A DNA stretch of 64,000 nt from Phormidesmis sp. (GTDB lineage: Bacteria; Cyanobacteriota; Cyanobacteriia; Leptolyngbyales; Leptolyngbyaceae): assembly GCA_965248535.1 (NCBI GenBank), contig CBDFJR010000002.1, positions 2,240,001 through 2,304,000 on the forward strand, given 5' to 3'. A program made the position numbers and the translations under genes. Positions 31,566-42,049 of this stretch are shown here, piece by piece. Numbering within the stretch: the stretch's first letter is position 1; every line of letters begins with the position of its first letter. A model generated the notes under the pieces. It searched no databases. It was not told the DNA's origin and saw nothing but the letters and a program-made list of their open reading frames with translations.

Positions 31566-32873
31566 ATGACCGTTGATCGACCCAGTTTGCCAGAGGTGCA
31601 TCGCAGTATTGCCATCCCCAGTGCTCAAGGCTTTTGGCGCAAAATGCTGGCCTATGGCGGCCCTGGATACCTGGTTTCGGTAGGCTATATGGACCCTGGC
31701 AACTGGGCAACCGACATTGCCGGAGGCTCAAAGTTTGGCTACACGCTGCTGAGTGTCGTCCTGCTGTCAAATCTGATGGCTATTTTGCTGCAATCGCTCT
31801 GTGTGCGTCTAGGGGTCGCCACCGGGCGGGATCTGGCTCAAACTTGCCGAGACTCGTTTCCTCGGCGGGTTAATTTTGTGCTGTGGATCTTGTGCGAGAT
31901 CGCGATCGCCGCCTGTGATCTCGCAGAACTTTTAGGGAGCGCGATCGCGCTACAACTGCTGTTTGGGTTGCCGCTGATCGGGGGCGTTTGCCTCACGGCT
32001 CTTGATGTTTTAGCGCTTCTCTTTCTGCAAGGAAAGGGCTTTCGCTATATCGAAGCCTTGGTGATCACCCTCGTTGCAACGGTGGGCATCTGCTTTGCTG
32101 TTGAGATTCTCTTTTCTCGCCCAGATGTTGGCGGCATTTTGCAAGGCTATCTGCCCAACCGTGAAATCGTTCGCAATCCTGAAATGCTGTATCTCGCGAT
32201 CGGGATTCTAGGAGCAACCGTGATGCCCCATAATCTCTATCTACATTCCTCTATTGTGCAAACTCGCGCCTGGGAACCCACTCCTCAAAAGCGCTGGGAA
32301 GCGATCAAATTTGGCACGATCGATTCAACCGTGGCGCTGTCGTTGGCGTTGTTTATCAACTCAGCGATTCTGATTGTTGCCGCCGCTGTGTTTCATTCGT
32401 CTGGCAATCAAAACGTTGCCGAAATTCAAGATGCCTATCATCTTCTATCGCCGCTGCTGGGCATGAGTGGTGCTAGCGCGATTTTTGGGTTAGCGCTGCT
32501 GGCTTCGGGGCAAAGCTCAACGCTGACAGCAACCCTAGCCGGGCAGATCGTGATGGAAGGATTTTTGCACATCCGAGTGCGTCCGTGGGTGCGTCGTTTG
32601 GCGACTCGACTGATTGCGATCGTGCCCGCTTTGATCGCCATTATTTTCTTTGGTGAACACAGCACCGGAACCCTGCTGGTGTTTAGTCAAGTGATTCTGA
32701 GTTTACAGCTATCGTTTGCCGTGATTCCTTTAGTGATGTTTACCAGCGATCGCCGTTTAATGGGAGAGTTTGTCAACCCTCCTTGGCTAAAGGTCATGGC
32801 CTGGGCTGTTGCAGTCGTGATTGCCGGGCTGAATGGCTGGCTGTTGATCCAGACGATGGGGATCGTGAATTAA
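31566..32873 (+). CDS. mntH: Nramp-family Mn2+ transporter
   Basis: GYMDPGNW, GATVMPHNLYLHS, AGQIVMEGF, SQVILSLQL. Confidence 0.95.
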   Translation: MTVDRPSLPEVHRSIAIPSAQGFWRKMLAYGGPGYLVSVGYMDPGNWATDIAGGSKFGYTLLSVVLLSNLMAILLQSLCVRLGVATGRDLAQTCRDSFPRRVNFVLWILCEIAIAACDLAELLGSAIALQLLFGLPLIGGVCLTALDVLALLFLQGKGFRYIEALVITLVATVGICFAVEILFSRPDVGGILQGYLPNREIVRNPEMLYLAIGILGATVMPHNLYLHSSIVQTRAWEPTPQKRWEAIKFGTIDSTVALSLALFINSAILIVAAAVFHSSGNQNVAEIQDAYHLLSPLLGMSGASAIFGLALLASGQSSTLTATLAGQIVMEGFLHIRVRPWVRRLATRLIAIVPALIAIIFFGEHSTGTLLVFSQVILSLQLSFAVIPLVMFTSDRRLMGEFVNPPWLKVMAWAVAVVIAGLNGWLLIQTMGIVN

Positions 32874-32936
32874 ATCACTTCGACCATTGCCAGGGTGTCT
32901 TGCCCTCTCTCCCAGCTTGGAAGAGGGGAGCAAGAG
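32860..32936. repeat. Dispersed intergenic repeat, copy 2 (internally shorter)
   Basis: Near-identical 5' part to 8527-8618; supplies the mntH TAA. Confidence 0.8.
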
Positions 32937-33043
32937 TAGAGTATCCCCATTAGTCTCGCTTGGAGGATTGAAATTCTGATGCTTAAAAAAGTCCACATCT
33001 GCATTCTTCCACTACAATCGAGGTCATTCCAACGCGGGTCATC

Positions 33044-33901
33044 ATGTCAGTCGCAACTTCCTCTAAAAAAGCTTTTCCATTTTGGACACTTTTGACGATC
33101 GCCGCCAATGGTTTCTTGATCGCGATCGTGATTTTGTTTGTGTTGAGACACGAGCGCGCCGCCACGCCACGGGCTACGCCGCCTCAATCACCGCTTTCTG
33201 TTGCCTCAGACCCGCCAAGCTCATCGATCGACCAACTTGAAAAACGGCACCCTCTCACCTATCAGCAATGGGTCAGTTTGCTGGGCAAAGAAGCCAAAGC
33301 CGTTGTTAAAAATAAGCCCGATCGCTTAACCATTCTGGCTGGAGATTCTCTCAGTCTTTGGTTTCCGTCTGAGTTGCTGCCTAGTGATCGCATCTGGCTC
33401 AATCAAAGCATCTCTGGCGAAACCACGATCGGGTTGCTCAAACGCCTAAATTTGTTCGACAGCACCGAGCCACAAGCCATTTTTGTGATGATTGGCATCA
33501 ACGATCTAGCCAAAGGCACCCCTGATCAAGAGGTGTTAGAGTCCTATCAAAAAATTATCACAGACTTAAAACAAGCCCACCCCCACTCTAAAATCGTGGT
33601 GCAGTCGATTTTGCCCCACGGCGCTGACCCCGACCCCACCCTTGAGAAACGTCAGCAGCTTTTAGAAATTTCTAACAAACGGATTCACACCCTCAATCAG
33701 GCTCTAGAGACGATCGCCAAAACCGCAGAAGTCTCTTATCTCGATTTGCAGCCCCTAGTGGTCGATGACGAAGGATATCTACGATCGGAGTTTACCACTG
33801 ACGGCTTGCACCTCAATCGGCAGGGATATTTGGTGTGGCGATCGGCGATTCAAACCTTTGAACAATTGGTGTTAGACCCTCAACCTCATGAGAAACTTTA
33901 A
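33044..33901 (+). CDS. SGNH/GDSL hydrolase, membrane anchored
   Basis: AGDSLS, NQSISGE, MIGINDL, DGLHLN. Confidence 0.88.
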   Translation: MSVATSSKKAFPFWTLLTIAANGFLIAIVILFVLRHERAATPRATPPQSPLSVASDPPSSSIDQLEKRHPLTYQQWVSLLGKEAKAVVKNKPDRLTILAGDSLSLWFPSELLPSDRIWLNQSISGETTIGLLKRLNLFDSTEPQAIFVMIGINDLAKGTPDQEVLESYQKIITDLKQAHPHSKIVVQSILPHGADPDPTLEKRQQLLEISNKRIHTLNQALETIAKTAEVSYLDLQPLVVDDEGYLRSEFTTDGLHLNRQGYLVWRSAIQTFEQLVLDPQPHEKL

Positions 33902-33992
33902 GGATCGCGGGTTTAACTGAGATCGGCCCCCATTCCCAAACGCGCCCCCGTTGAACCCATCCCCCTTTTTGCCTGTCTTTTGGAGCAAGTCA

Positions 33993-35687
33993 ATGCAAAC
34001 CTATGATGTCGTCATAATTGGTGCAGGCCACAATGGATTGGTCTGTGCCGCTTACCTGCTCAAAGCGGGTTATAGCGTTTTGCTGCTTGAAAAGCGTCCG
34101 GTTCCCGGTGGAGCGGCGACGACTGAGGAGGCAATGCCCGATCGCGCACCAGGGTTTAAGTTTAATCTCTGCGCGATCGACCATGAGTTTATTCATCTAG
34201 GCCCGGTGGTCGAGGAACTAGAACTCACAAAGTATGGGCTGGAATATCTGTTTTGTGATCCCGTCGTGTTTTGTCCGCACCCCGACGGGAGGTATTTTTT
34301 GGCGCATCGATCGGTTGAGAAAACCTGTGCCGAGATTGCGCGATATAGCGATCGCGATGCCAAAAAATATGCAGAATTCACCGATTTGTGGCTGCGAACG
34401 ATTAGCGCCATGACTCCGATGTTTAACGCGCCGCCCAAGTCAGTCATAGAAATTTTGGGCAATTATGACCTGAAAAAACTCAACGATTTCTTCTCAGTGG
34501 TTGGCTCTTCTAACAAAGCGCTAGATTTTATTCGCACTATGCTAACGAGTGCCGAAGACATTCTCAACGAGTGGTTTGACACCGAAATTGTCAAGGCTCC
34601 CCTCGCGAGATTGGCGGCAGAGTTGAGCGCCCCGCCGTCGCAAAAAAATCTGGCGATCGGGGTGATGATGATGTCGATGCGCCACCATCCCGGTATGGCG
34701 CGGCCTAGAGGCGGCACAGGGGCGCTAGTTGCGGCGTTGGTAAAGTGCGTTAAAAGTTTGGGCGGTGACATTCTCACCGATCAGCAGGTGAAACAAGTGT
34801 TAGTAGATGACGGTCGAGCCGTGGGTGTGCGGCTTGAGAATGGCACCGAATATCGGGCCACGCGAGGCGTGATTTCCAATATCGATGCAAAGCGATTATT
34901 TTTGCATTTGGTCGATGAAACCGATGTTAACAAAGCCGATCCAGCCCTGCGCGATCGCTTAGATCGCCGCATCGTCAACAACAATGAGACCATTCTCAAA
35001 ATCGATTTAGCGATGTCAGAGCCGTTAAACTTTGAGCACCATCAGCATCAAGATGAATTTTTAATTGGCTCAATTTTGATTGCAGATTCTGTTAAACACG
35101 TTGAGATTGCCCACACCGATCCCGCGATCGGCAGAATTCCCGATGCCGATCCCTCAATGTATATCGTGCAGCCCACACTGCTCGATCCCACCATGGCCCC
35201 TGATGGCAACCACACGCTGTGGATTGAGTTCTTTGCGCCCTACCAAATCGAAGGCGCAGAAGGCACTGGGCTAAACGGCACAGGCTGGACAGATGACCTT
35301 AAAAATCGAGTTGCCGATCGCGTGATCGATAAACTCGCCGACTATGCCCCAAATGTCAAAAAAGCCACGATCGCACGCCGGGTCGAAAGTCCGGCAGAAC
35401 TCAGCGATCGCTTAGGTGCTCTCAAAGGCAATTATTATCACATTGATATGACGCTCGATCAGATGGTTTTTTTCCGACCGTTGCCAGAGTTGGCAAATTA
35501 TAAAACTCCGATCGAGGGGCTATTTCTCACAGGCGCAGGCACTCACCCCGGCGGCTCGATTTCAGGAATGCCAGGACGCAACTGTGCGCGGGTGTTTTTG
35601 CATCATCAAGCCCCGATCGCTCAAACCTTGAGAGATGTCAGAGAGTCGGTGAAATCTGCGGCAAGCTCAATCTTTGGGAAGGACTGA
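33993..35687 (+). CDS. crtO: Beta-carotene ketolase CrtO (phytoene desaturase-like)
   Basis: IGAGHNGLVCAAYL, FKFNLCAIDHEFIHLGP, GAGTHPGGSISG; GGAG RBS before ATG 33993. Confidence 0.85.
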   Translation: MQTYDVVIIGAGHNGLVCAAYLLKAGYSVLLLEKRPVPGGAATTEEAMPDRAPGFKFNLCAIDHEFIHLGPVVEELELTKYGLEYLFCDPVVFCPHPDGRYFLAHRSVEKTCAEIARYSDRDAKKYAEFTDLWLRTISAMTPMFNAPPKSVIEILGNYDLKKLNDFFSVVGSSNKALDFIRTMLTSAEDILNEWFDTEIVKAPLARLAAELSAPPSQKNLAIGVMMMSMRHHPGMARPRGGTGALVAALVKCVKSLGGDILTDQQVKQVLVDDGRAVGVRLENGTEYRATRGVISNIDAKRLFLHLVDETDVNKADPALRDRLDRRIVNNNETILKIDLAMSEPLNFEHHQHQDEFLIGSILIADSVKHVEIAHTDPAIGRIPDADPSMYIVQPTLLDPTMAPDGNHTLWIEFFAPYQIEGAEGTGLNGTGWTDDLKNRVADRVIDKLADYAPNVKKATIARRVESPAELSDRLGALKGNYYHIDMTLDQMVFFRPLPELANYKTPIEGLFLTGAGTHPGGSISGMPGRNCARVFLHHQAPIAQTLRDVRESVKSAASSIFGKD

Positions 35688-36905
35688 GGGCAAATTTAGC
35701 GATCGCCCCCCTGATGCGGGTAGTGAGGATTGCAGCGCTGATAAATCGTCTTCAGCCTCATGACTCAGAATGAGAGCGTAGTGATCAAAATCATTCAAGC
35801 TCGCGTTAAAGGTTTTCCCTTCGCTGTGATCTGCGGTGGCGCGATCGGGTTTCATCGAGCTATTGACTAAAGTTTGCTGTTGCTCAGGATCAGCAGCAGC
35901 CCGACGTTGATTGGTCAACAAAAATGCGGCATTCAACGTGTCAAGAGCCGCGCTTTGCCGGGCTGCATCTGCCAGATCAAACTCATCTGCCCAGCTAAAC
36001 CCAAACTGATTGAGATGATTGCGGCTCTGCCACCAAATCGATCGGGCATTTTCAGCAATAAACTTCTTATATTCCGGTTTAGGAGAAGTCTGGTAAAGAT
36101 AAGCCAAATTTTTCATAAAAATGCCCTTAAACTGCGGAGCATCGTCACCACACTTTGCCGGATCACAGGGTTCTTGCAGCACTCCGTTAGGCGATAGATG
36201 GGTGATGGCAGCTTGCGCGATCGCGTGGGCCTGAGTCAACAAGTCGCGATCGTGGGTGCTTTTATAAAGATCGACCAACCCGCCTAAAATCACGCCTTGA
36301 TTATAAGTCCAGGTCGTTTGTCCATTATTTTTACAATCGTTATCCAGCCCGTCATTTACAAGGTTAGCTTGATTGATCAGCTTAGTGTTCTTAAACCACT
36401 TCCATTCCCGTTCTGCCCAGTCTAAATAGCTGCCTGCCCCTTTGTCTCCTGGGGTTCTGAGATGCAATCGGGCTGCGATTGTTAAAAACAACTCGTTGGT
36501 GATCGCATTTTTATATTGTCGTTTTTTATGCCACCAAACTCCCCCATCACAGGTTGAATCCCAGCCTTGCTTCATGTCATTAAAAATGGTCTTCGCCATC
36601 GTTAAATAGCGAGTTTCACCCGTCAGATCATAAGCTTTGATCCAGGTAATGGCCCACCAGCCCTCATCATCATTAAACCAAGGATTCAGAAATTGGCTCG
36701 GTTTATTTTTCTCAAACGTGTTAAAGATGTTGCCCTGATAGGTTCTTGTATTAGTCACCATTGAGTAGTCGATCGTGGTTTCTAAGGCGTTAGCAGAATT
36801 CCACCAGTTTGTTGAATTCCACAGTCCAGTTGAGAGGTTATAAAAGAGTTGCAGTGCCGCCATACCTGCGGCCATGCTGGCGTGATCACTTCCGGGTAAA
36901 AACAT
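35667..36905 (-). CDS. Glycoside hydrolase family 76
   Basis: NWWNSA, NDDEGWW catalytic Asp pair, YKNAITNELF, WTYNQGV, QFKGIF. Confidence 0.88.
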   Translation of the reverse strand: MFLPGSDHASMAAGMAALQLFYNLSTGLWNSTNWWNSANALETTIDYSMVTNTRTYQGNIFNTFEKNKPSQFLNPWFNDDEGWWAITWIKAYDLTGETRYLTMAKTIFNDMKQGWDSTCDGGVWWHKKRQYKNAITNELFLTIAARLHLRTPGDKGAGSYLDWAEREWKWFKNTKLINQANLVNDGLDNDCKNNGQTTWTYNQGVILGGLVDLYKSTHDRDLLTQAHAIAQAAITHLSPNGVLQEPCDPAKCGDDAPQFKGIFMKNLAYLYQTSPKPEYKKFIAENARSIWWQSRNHLNQFGFSWADEFDLADAARQSAALDTLNAAFLLTNQRRAAADPEQQQTLVNSSMKPDRATADHSEGKTFNASLNDFDHYALILSHEAEDDLSALQSSLPASGGRSLNLPSVLPKD

Positions 36906-37118
36906 GTCTGGTTCCTTTGTCCAACGTTGCAATTGAGAATCGTCTCAAGCTCACCGAGCAAAGTTAGGAAAATCGCTTCGCCTACTTAAATGGCTCTGTT
37001 CTTTAAAAGACGATCGTGCCCTTGCATAGGTTACAGCCTGGTGATTCTCTTTCGATAAATCCTAATAAATTTCTTGATCAGGGCACGCCGCACCCAACGG
37101 TGCCCAAGATTCACTGCT

Positions 37119-37160
37119 CAAAAAAAATACCTAACCCCCTTCTGCAAAGAGGTTAGGTTA
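37119..37160 (-). terminator. Intrinsic terminator with no annotated upstream gene
   Basis: acctaacc/ggttaggt stem followed by T7 on the minus strand. Confidence 0.6.
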
Positions 37161-37889
37161 ATAGTCAGCGATTAGAAGCAACCCGATCAAGAAACGTTTT
37201 TGCAAACCCTTATCAATCTCAAAAACTTACGTTGTCACTGCTTCAACAGCATTCTGAAAAGGTAGTTATTGTGGATCAATCTGCTTGGCGTTCAGTGATT
37301 ACTCTAGTTCTAGCTTACCGCTAAATGAGATGGCAAGGTTAAGTCAGTAAATTTACAGACAATTTACGCGGTTGTTATAAAAGTGAACTCTATAACTTGA
37401 GAATATTCAACCAAAGAGAGCGATCGTAAAATTACTCATAGATTAAGAATTGCTCAAGATTCTCTTAAATTAGGTAAAGATTGTCAGGCGCAATTTTGCC
37501 ATAAAAGTGAAGATTAAATAAAATACTTTGGTAGAGCTTTGATCATAACCATTGATTAACAATAATTGGTATCAGCCAAAGTCAGCGAATTCCACTGAAA
37601 TCGCGACGTTCAAAGCGGCTCGACCAGCCCCCGGTATTCCGCAACAGCCCTTAAAACGCCCCTTTAAGCCCTCAGAAGTTTTAGCGCTTTCCTGCATTTT
37701 AGATCTTCCTTTAGCAACCGTTTAGGCGCTTATTGCTGCTCTGTTTACCTGGTTTTAGCGAGGTCGTCACCTGTGAGAACGATTAAAAAAGTTTCATCCA
37801 ACTCCCTCAAGTCAACTGAGACGAGCCACCCGTTAACGGCTCACCCAACCGTTAGAAGCGAACTGGCCCAAGCCGCCCAAGGGGTGCCA

Positions 37890-40800
37890 ATGTCTGAAGA
37901 AACGATCGAAGCGACTTACCCCTTGTCTTCGATGCAGCAAGGAATGCTATTTCACAGCTTATATCAGCCCCGATCGGGCATCGACATTGAGCAGATAGTG
38001 TGTCGGTTGCCCGAAGCGATCGACGTGAAAAGCTTTCTCAAAGCCTGGAACTGCACCGTAGACCGTCACCCCATTTTAAGAACCCGATTTTTATGGGACA
38101 GTGCCCACGAGCCGACTCAGATCGTGCACCAGCGGGTTAGACTTCCCTTCAAGCAACAAGATTGGCGAAGTGACTCTGCCGCCGAGCAGCGCGATCGTCT
38201 AGCAGCCTACCTCAAGCACGATCGCCAAAAAGGGTTTGACCTGACTCAATCTCTCAATTGCGAACCTTTGATGCGGCTGGCGTTGTTTCAGATCGCAGAC
38301 GCTGACTATCAGTTTGTTTGGACGTTTCATCACATCTTGCTAGACGGGCGATCGTTTCCGCTGGTGCTGCAAGAAGTGTTTTCATTCTATACGGCGTTTT
38401 GCAAGGGCGATCGCTTATCGCTCAAGCGCCCGCGCCCCTACCGCGACTACATTGAGTGGGCGCAACAGCAAGACTTTTCAGTCTCTCAAAGCTTTTGGCA
38501 GCAGTTGCTCAAAGGCTTTGAGACCCCCACTCCTCTCTTATCGGCCCAAGCGTCGAGCCAGTTGCCGTCTGAGGGGGGGCATCACGAGGTCAAGCTTCGA
38601 CTGTCTGACGAGTTGATGATGGGGTTGCGATCGTTTGCCGATCAGTCTCAAGTGACCCTGAACACGATCGTGCAAGGGGCTTGGGGGCTGCTGTTGAGCC
38701 GCTATAGCGGTGAATCTGATGTTGTGTTTGGCGCAACCAGAGCCTGCCGAAAATCGACCGTTGCGGGGGCTGAGTCGATGGTGGGGTTGCTCATCAACAC
38801 CCTGCCCGTGCGAGTCAAGATTGACCCTGAGGCTGCTCTGTTGCCGTGGCTGAGAGAGCTACGATCGCAGCATCTCGCCGTCCGCCCTCACGAACATACG
38901 CCGCTCGTTCAGGTGCAGACTTGGAGCGATGCGCCACGAGGGGTGGCTTTGTTTGAAAGCCTGGTCATGTTTGAGAGCTACGACTTGAATGATCGGCTTC
39001 GGCAGCAGGGTGGCGCTTGGCAACATCGAGAGATTCAGCTTTTAGAACAGCCCTCTTTTCCCCTCGTGCTGATGGCGTGTCTGGGGTCTGCGTTAACGCT
39101 CAAAATTTCCTACGATCGCACTCGCTTTGATCAAGCCGCCATTCAGCGAATGCTCGGTCATCTTCAAACCCTGCTAGAGAGCATGGTGGCCCACCCGACT
39201 CAACGGCTCGGTGAGTTGCCCTTGCTTACCTCCGCCGAGCGCCATCAGTTGCTCTCAGAATGGAATGACACCGCCGCCGCCTATGCCCAAGATACGTGTC
39301 TGCATGAACTGTTTGAAGCCAAAGCCAAACAGACTCCTGACGCGATCGCGGTTGTCTATGACACGCACTCTCTCACCTATCAAGACCTGAATCAGCAAGC
39401 CAATCAGTTGGCGCATCACCTCAAACAGTTGGGCATTGGATTAGGCTCCTTTGTGGGTGTTTATATGAATCGGGGCTTAGAGATGATTCCTGCCCTGTTA
39501 GGCATCCTCAAAGCGGGCGCTGCTTATATTCCGCTAGAGCCTACGTTCCCCAACGCCAGAGTGCAGTGGATTTTAGAGTCGCTGTCAGTTCACTGTGTAG
39601 TCTCACAACCCCTTCACCGATCGACCTTTGAAGACCTTCAGCCCCAGCTTCCTGATCTAGAGCATTTGGTTTGTCTGGACGCGATCGCAACCTCAGAGAC
39701 AAGATCTAGCGCAACCTCTGGGCCTCTGCAAGTTTGGCAGCCGTCTGCGCTGCGTCAGTTGCCGACTCATAATTTGCCTAGACAAAGCAGTCCTGATGAC
39801 ACGGCTTACATCATCTTCACGTCTGGCTCAACCGGAACCCCCAAGGGAGTCGTCGTCCGACACAAGCCTGTGATTAATCTGATTGAGTGGGTTAATCACA
39901 CCTTTCAGGTTAATTCTCGCGATCGGGTTTTGTTCATCACTTCCCTATGCTTTGATTTATCGGTTTATGACGTGTTTGGGTTGCTGGCAGCAGGTGGCTC
40001 GATTCGAGTGGTGTCTAGCGAAACAGTGCGTGACCCGCAAGCTATGCTGACCATTTTGCAAACCGAACCCATTACGTTTTGGGATTCTGCCCCTCCTGCT
40101 TTGCAGCAATTAGCGCCATTTTTCTCGACGATCGCGCCTCAAAAAAGTGATCTGCGCTTGGTCTTCATGAGTGGAGACTGGGTGCCAGTCACGCTGCCCG
40201 ATGCCCTTAAAGAAACGTTTCCGGGTGTTGAAGTCGTCTCGCTAGGCGGCGCAACTGAGGCCACAGTCTGGTCAAACTTCTATCGCATTGGTGACGTTAA
40301 CCCCGGTTGGGCCAGCATTCCCTACGGTAAACCGATTCAAAACGCTCAGTATTATGTTTTAGATGATGGCTTTAACCCGTGCCCGATCGGAGTCACGGGC
40401 GAACTCTATATCGGCGGCGATTGTCTGGCATCTGGCTACACCGATCCCGATAAAACCGCAGAGCGATTTATTGCCAACCCTCTAAGCTCTCAGCCGTCGT
40501 CTCGTCTTTATCGCACGGGAGATCTGGCGCGGTTCTTTCCAGACGGCAATCTTGAGTTTTTGGGTCGGATTGACCACCAAGTCAAAATTCGAGGCTTTCG
40601 GATTGAGTTAGGGGAGATTGAGGGGGTGCTATCTCAGCATCGTGCCATCTCAGACTCTGTGGTGGTGGCGCGAGAAGATCAGCCTGGTGACAAGCGGCTG
40701 GTAGCCTACGTTGTTTTGAGTGCAGAGGGTCAGCCGCCCACTGTGAACGATCTTCGCAATTTTCTGCGAGAAAAGCTTCCTGACTATATGGTGCCGTCTG

Positions 40801-41951
40801 CGATCGTGGCTCTCGATCTGATCCCATTGACCCAAAACGGCAAGGTCGATCGCCGAGCGCTGCCAATCCCAGAAGCTAATCGGACGGGGGCACCCAAGGC
40901 TTTTGTGGCTCCTCAGACTGCGATTCAATGTCAGCTTGCAGACCTCTGGCAACAGACCCTAGGAGTCACCGCCATTGGCATCACCGATAACTTTTTTGAG
41001 TTGGGCGGTCATTCGCTTCTCGCGGTCAATCTGGTGACCCAAATCGAGAAGACTCTAGGACAACGGTTGCCAGTTGCGGCGATTTTTCAATCTCCGACCA
41101 TTGAGCAGCAAGCGGCGTTGCTTCAGCAGCCAGAGGTGACGATCGCAGGGTCGGCGATCGCTCCGATTCAGCCAAACGGCTCTAAGCGACCTCTTTTTGC
41201 CATTCACGTTTTGGGAAGAGGTCTCAATTTCTATCGTCCTCTAGCTAGGCATTTGGGGTCAGATCAACCCCTTTATGGGCTAGCTGCTCACCTCAGCGAT
41301 CAGCCCGATGCCCCGCCTAATGAGGTCAAAGCCCTCGCTGCTTACTACATTCAGCAAATGCAGACTGTGCAGCCCCAAGGCCCTTATCACTTAACGGGGG
41401 TCTCGTTTGGAGGCACGATCGCGTTTGAAATGGCTCAACAGCTTCGATCCCAAGGACAAGACGTTGCCTTGCTAGCGCTGTTAGACACGTTTGCACCCTC
41501 AACGGTGGTTAGAAAATTGCCGTTCCGCTCTCGTCTGGCTGCCTATGGTTATCAGCTTTGTCAGATGCCCGTCACCCAGTTTTTAGAGAAGCTTAAAGAG
41601 CAATGGTTAGAACAAACTCTTAAATATCCGACCTTGGCAGCCGTTTATCAATGGGGTTATCGCACCTGCAATCATCCGTTCCCAGAGGCGTTGCAAGACA
41701 TTCTCTACGCGCAGCAAAATTTAGATGCCAACAGTGTCTACGTTCCCAAGATTTATCCGGGTCGCATCCTCTTTCTCAAGGCCAGGGATCAGCACATCAG
41801 CGTTGAGTTTGAGAATGATCCCCGATCGGGCTGGGACGAGTTTTCGGCGGGGGGAGTCGAGGTGCACGAGATTCCGGGCGATCACATTGGAATGTTGCAA
41901 GAACCAAACGTTAGAGCCTTAGCCGAAGCGTTTCAGTTATATCTGGACTGA
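37890..41951 (+). CDS. Single-module NRPS (C-A-T-TE)
   Basis: HHILLDG; FTSGSTGTPKG, YRTGD, QVKIRG, NGKVDR; GGHSL; GVSFGG and DHIGM. Alternative GTG start at 37773. Confidence 0.93.
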   Translation: MSEETIEATYPLSSMQQGMLFHSLYQPRSGIDIEQIVCRLPEAIDVKSFLKAWNCTVDRHPILRTRFLWDSAHEPTQIVHQRVRLPFKQQDWRSDSAAEQRDRLAAYLKHDRQKGFDLTQSLNCEPLMRLALFQIADADYQFVWTFHHILLDGRSFPLVLQEVFSFYTAFCKGDRLSLKRPRPYRDYIEWAQQQDFSVSQSFWQQLLKGFETPTPLLSAQASSQLPSEGGHHEVKLRLSDELMMGLRSFADQSQVTLNTIVQGAWGLLLSRYSGESDVVFGATRACRKSTVAGAESMVGLLINTLPVRVKIDPEAALLPWLRELRSQHLAVRPHEHTPLVQVQTWSDAPRGVALFESLVMFESYDLNDRLRQQGGAWQHREIQLLEQPSFPLVLMACLGSALTLKISYDRTRFDQAAIQRMLGHLQTLLESMVAHPTQRLGELPLLTSAERHQLLSEWNDTAAAYAQDTCLHELFEAKAKQTPDAIAVVYDTHSLTYQDLNQQANQLAHHLKQLGIGLGSFVGVYMNRGLEMIPALLGILKAGAAYIPLEPTFPNARVQWILESLSVHCVVSQPLHRSTFEDLQPQLPDLEHLVCLDAIATSETRSSATSGPLQVWQPSALRQLPTHNLPRQSSPDDTAYIIFTSGSTGTPKGVVVRHKPVINLIEWVNHTFQVNSRDRVLFITSLCFDLSVYDVFGLLAAGGSIRVVSSETVRDPQAMLTILQTEPITFWDSAPPALQQLAPFFSTIAPQKSDLRLVFMSGDWVPVTLPDALKETFPGVEVVSLGGATEATVWSNFYRIGDVNPGWASIPYGKPIQNAQYYVLDDGFNPCPIGVTGELYIGGDCLASGYTDPDKTAERFIANPLSSQPSSRLYRTGDLARFFPDGNLEFLGRIDHQVKIRGFRIELGEIEGVLSQHRAISDSVVVAREDQPGDKRLVAYVVLSAEGQPPTVNDLRNFLREKLPDYMVPSAIVALDLIPLTQNGKVDRRALPIPEANRTGAPKAFVAPQTAIQCQLADLWQQTLGVTAIGITDNFFELGGHSLLAVNLVTQIEKTLGQRLPVAAIFQSPTIEQQAALLQQPEVTIAGSAIAPIQPNGSKRPLFAIHVLGRGLNFYRPLARHLGSDQPLYGLAAHLSDQPDAPPNEVKALAAYYIQQMQTVQPQGPYHLTGVSFGGTIAFEMAQQLRSQGQDVALLALLDTFAPSTVVRKLPFRSRLAAYGYQLCQMPVTQFLEKLKEQWLEQTLKYPTLAAVYQWGYRTCNHPFPEALQDILYAQQNLDANSVYVPKIYPGRILFLKARDQHISVEFENDPRSGWDEFSAGGVEVHEIPGDHIGMLQEPNVRALAEAFQLYLD

Positions 41952-42049
41952 ATAGCTTGCCCAGACTCTCAACTCTGCGAACAAACAGGGGACGTGTCCG
42001 TAACGTCCTTCACGGTTTTCGCCTGTCGTGAGGAATATGGAGACAAAAA

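Noticed and set aside
28721..35687. CTDH and crtO as a photoprotection cluster
   Set aside because: Separated by four unrelated genes and on opposite strands; no OCP/HCP gene here
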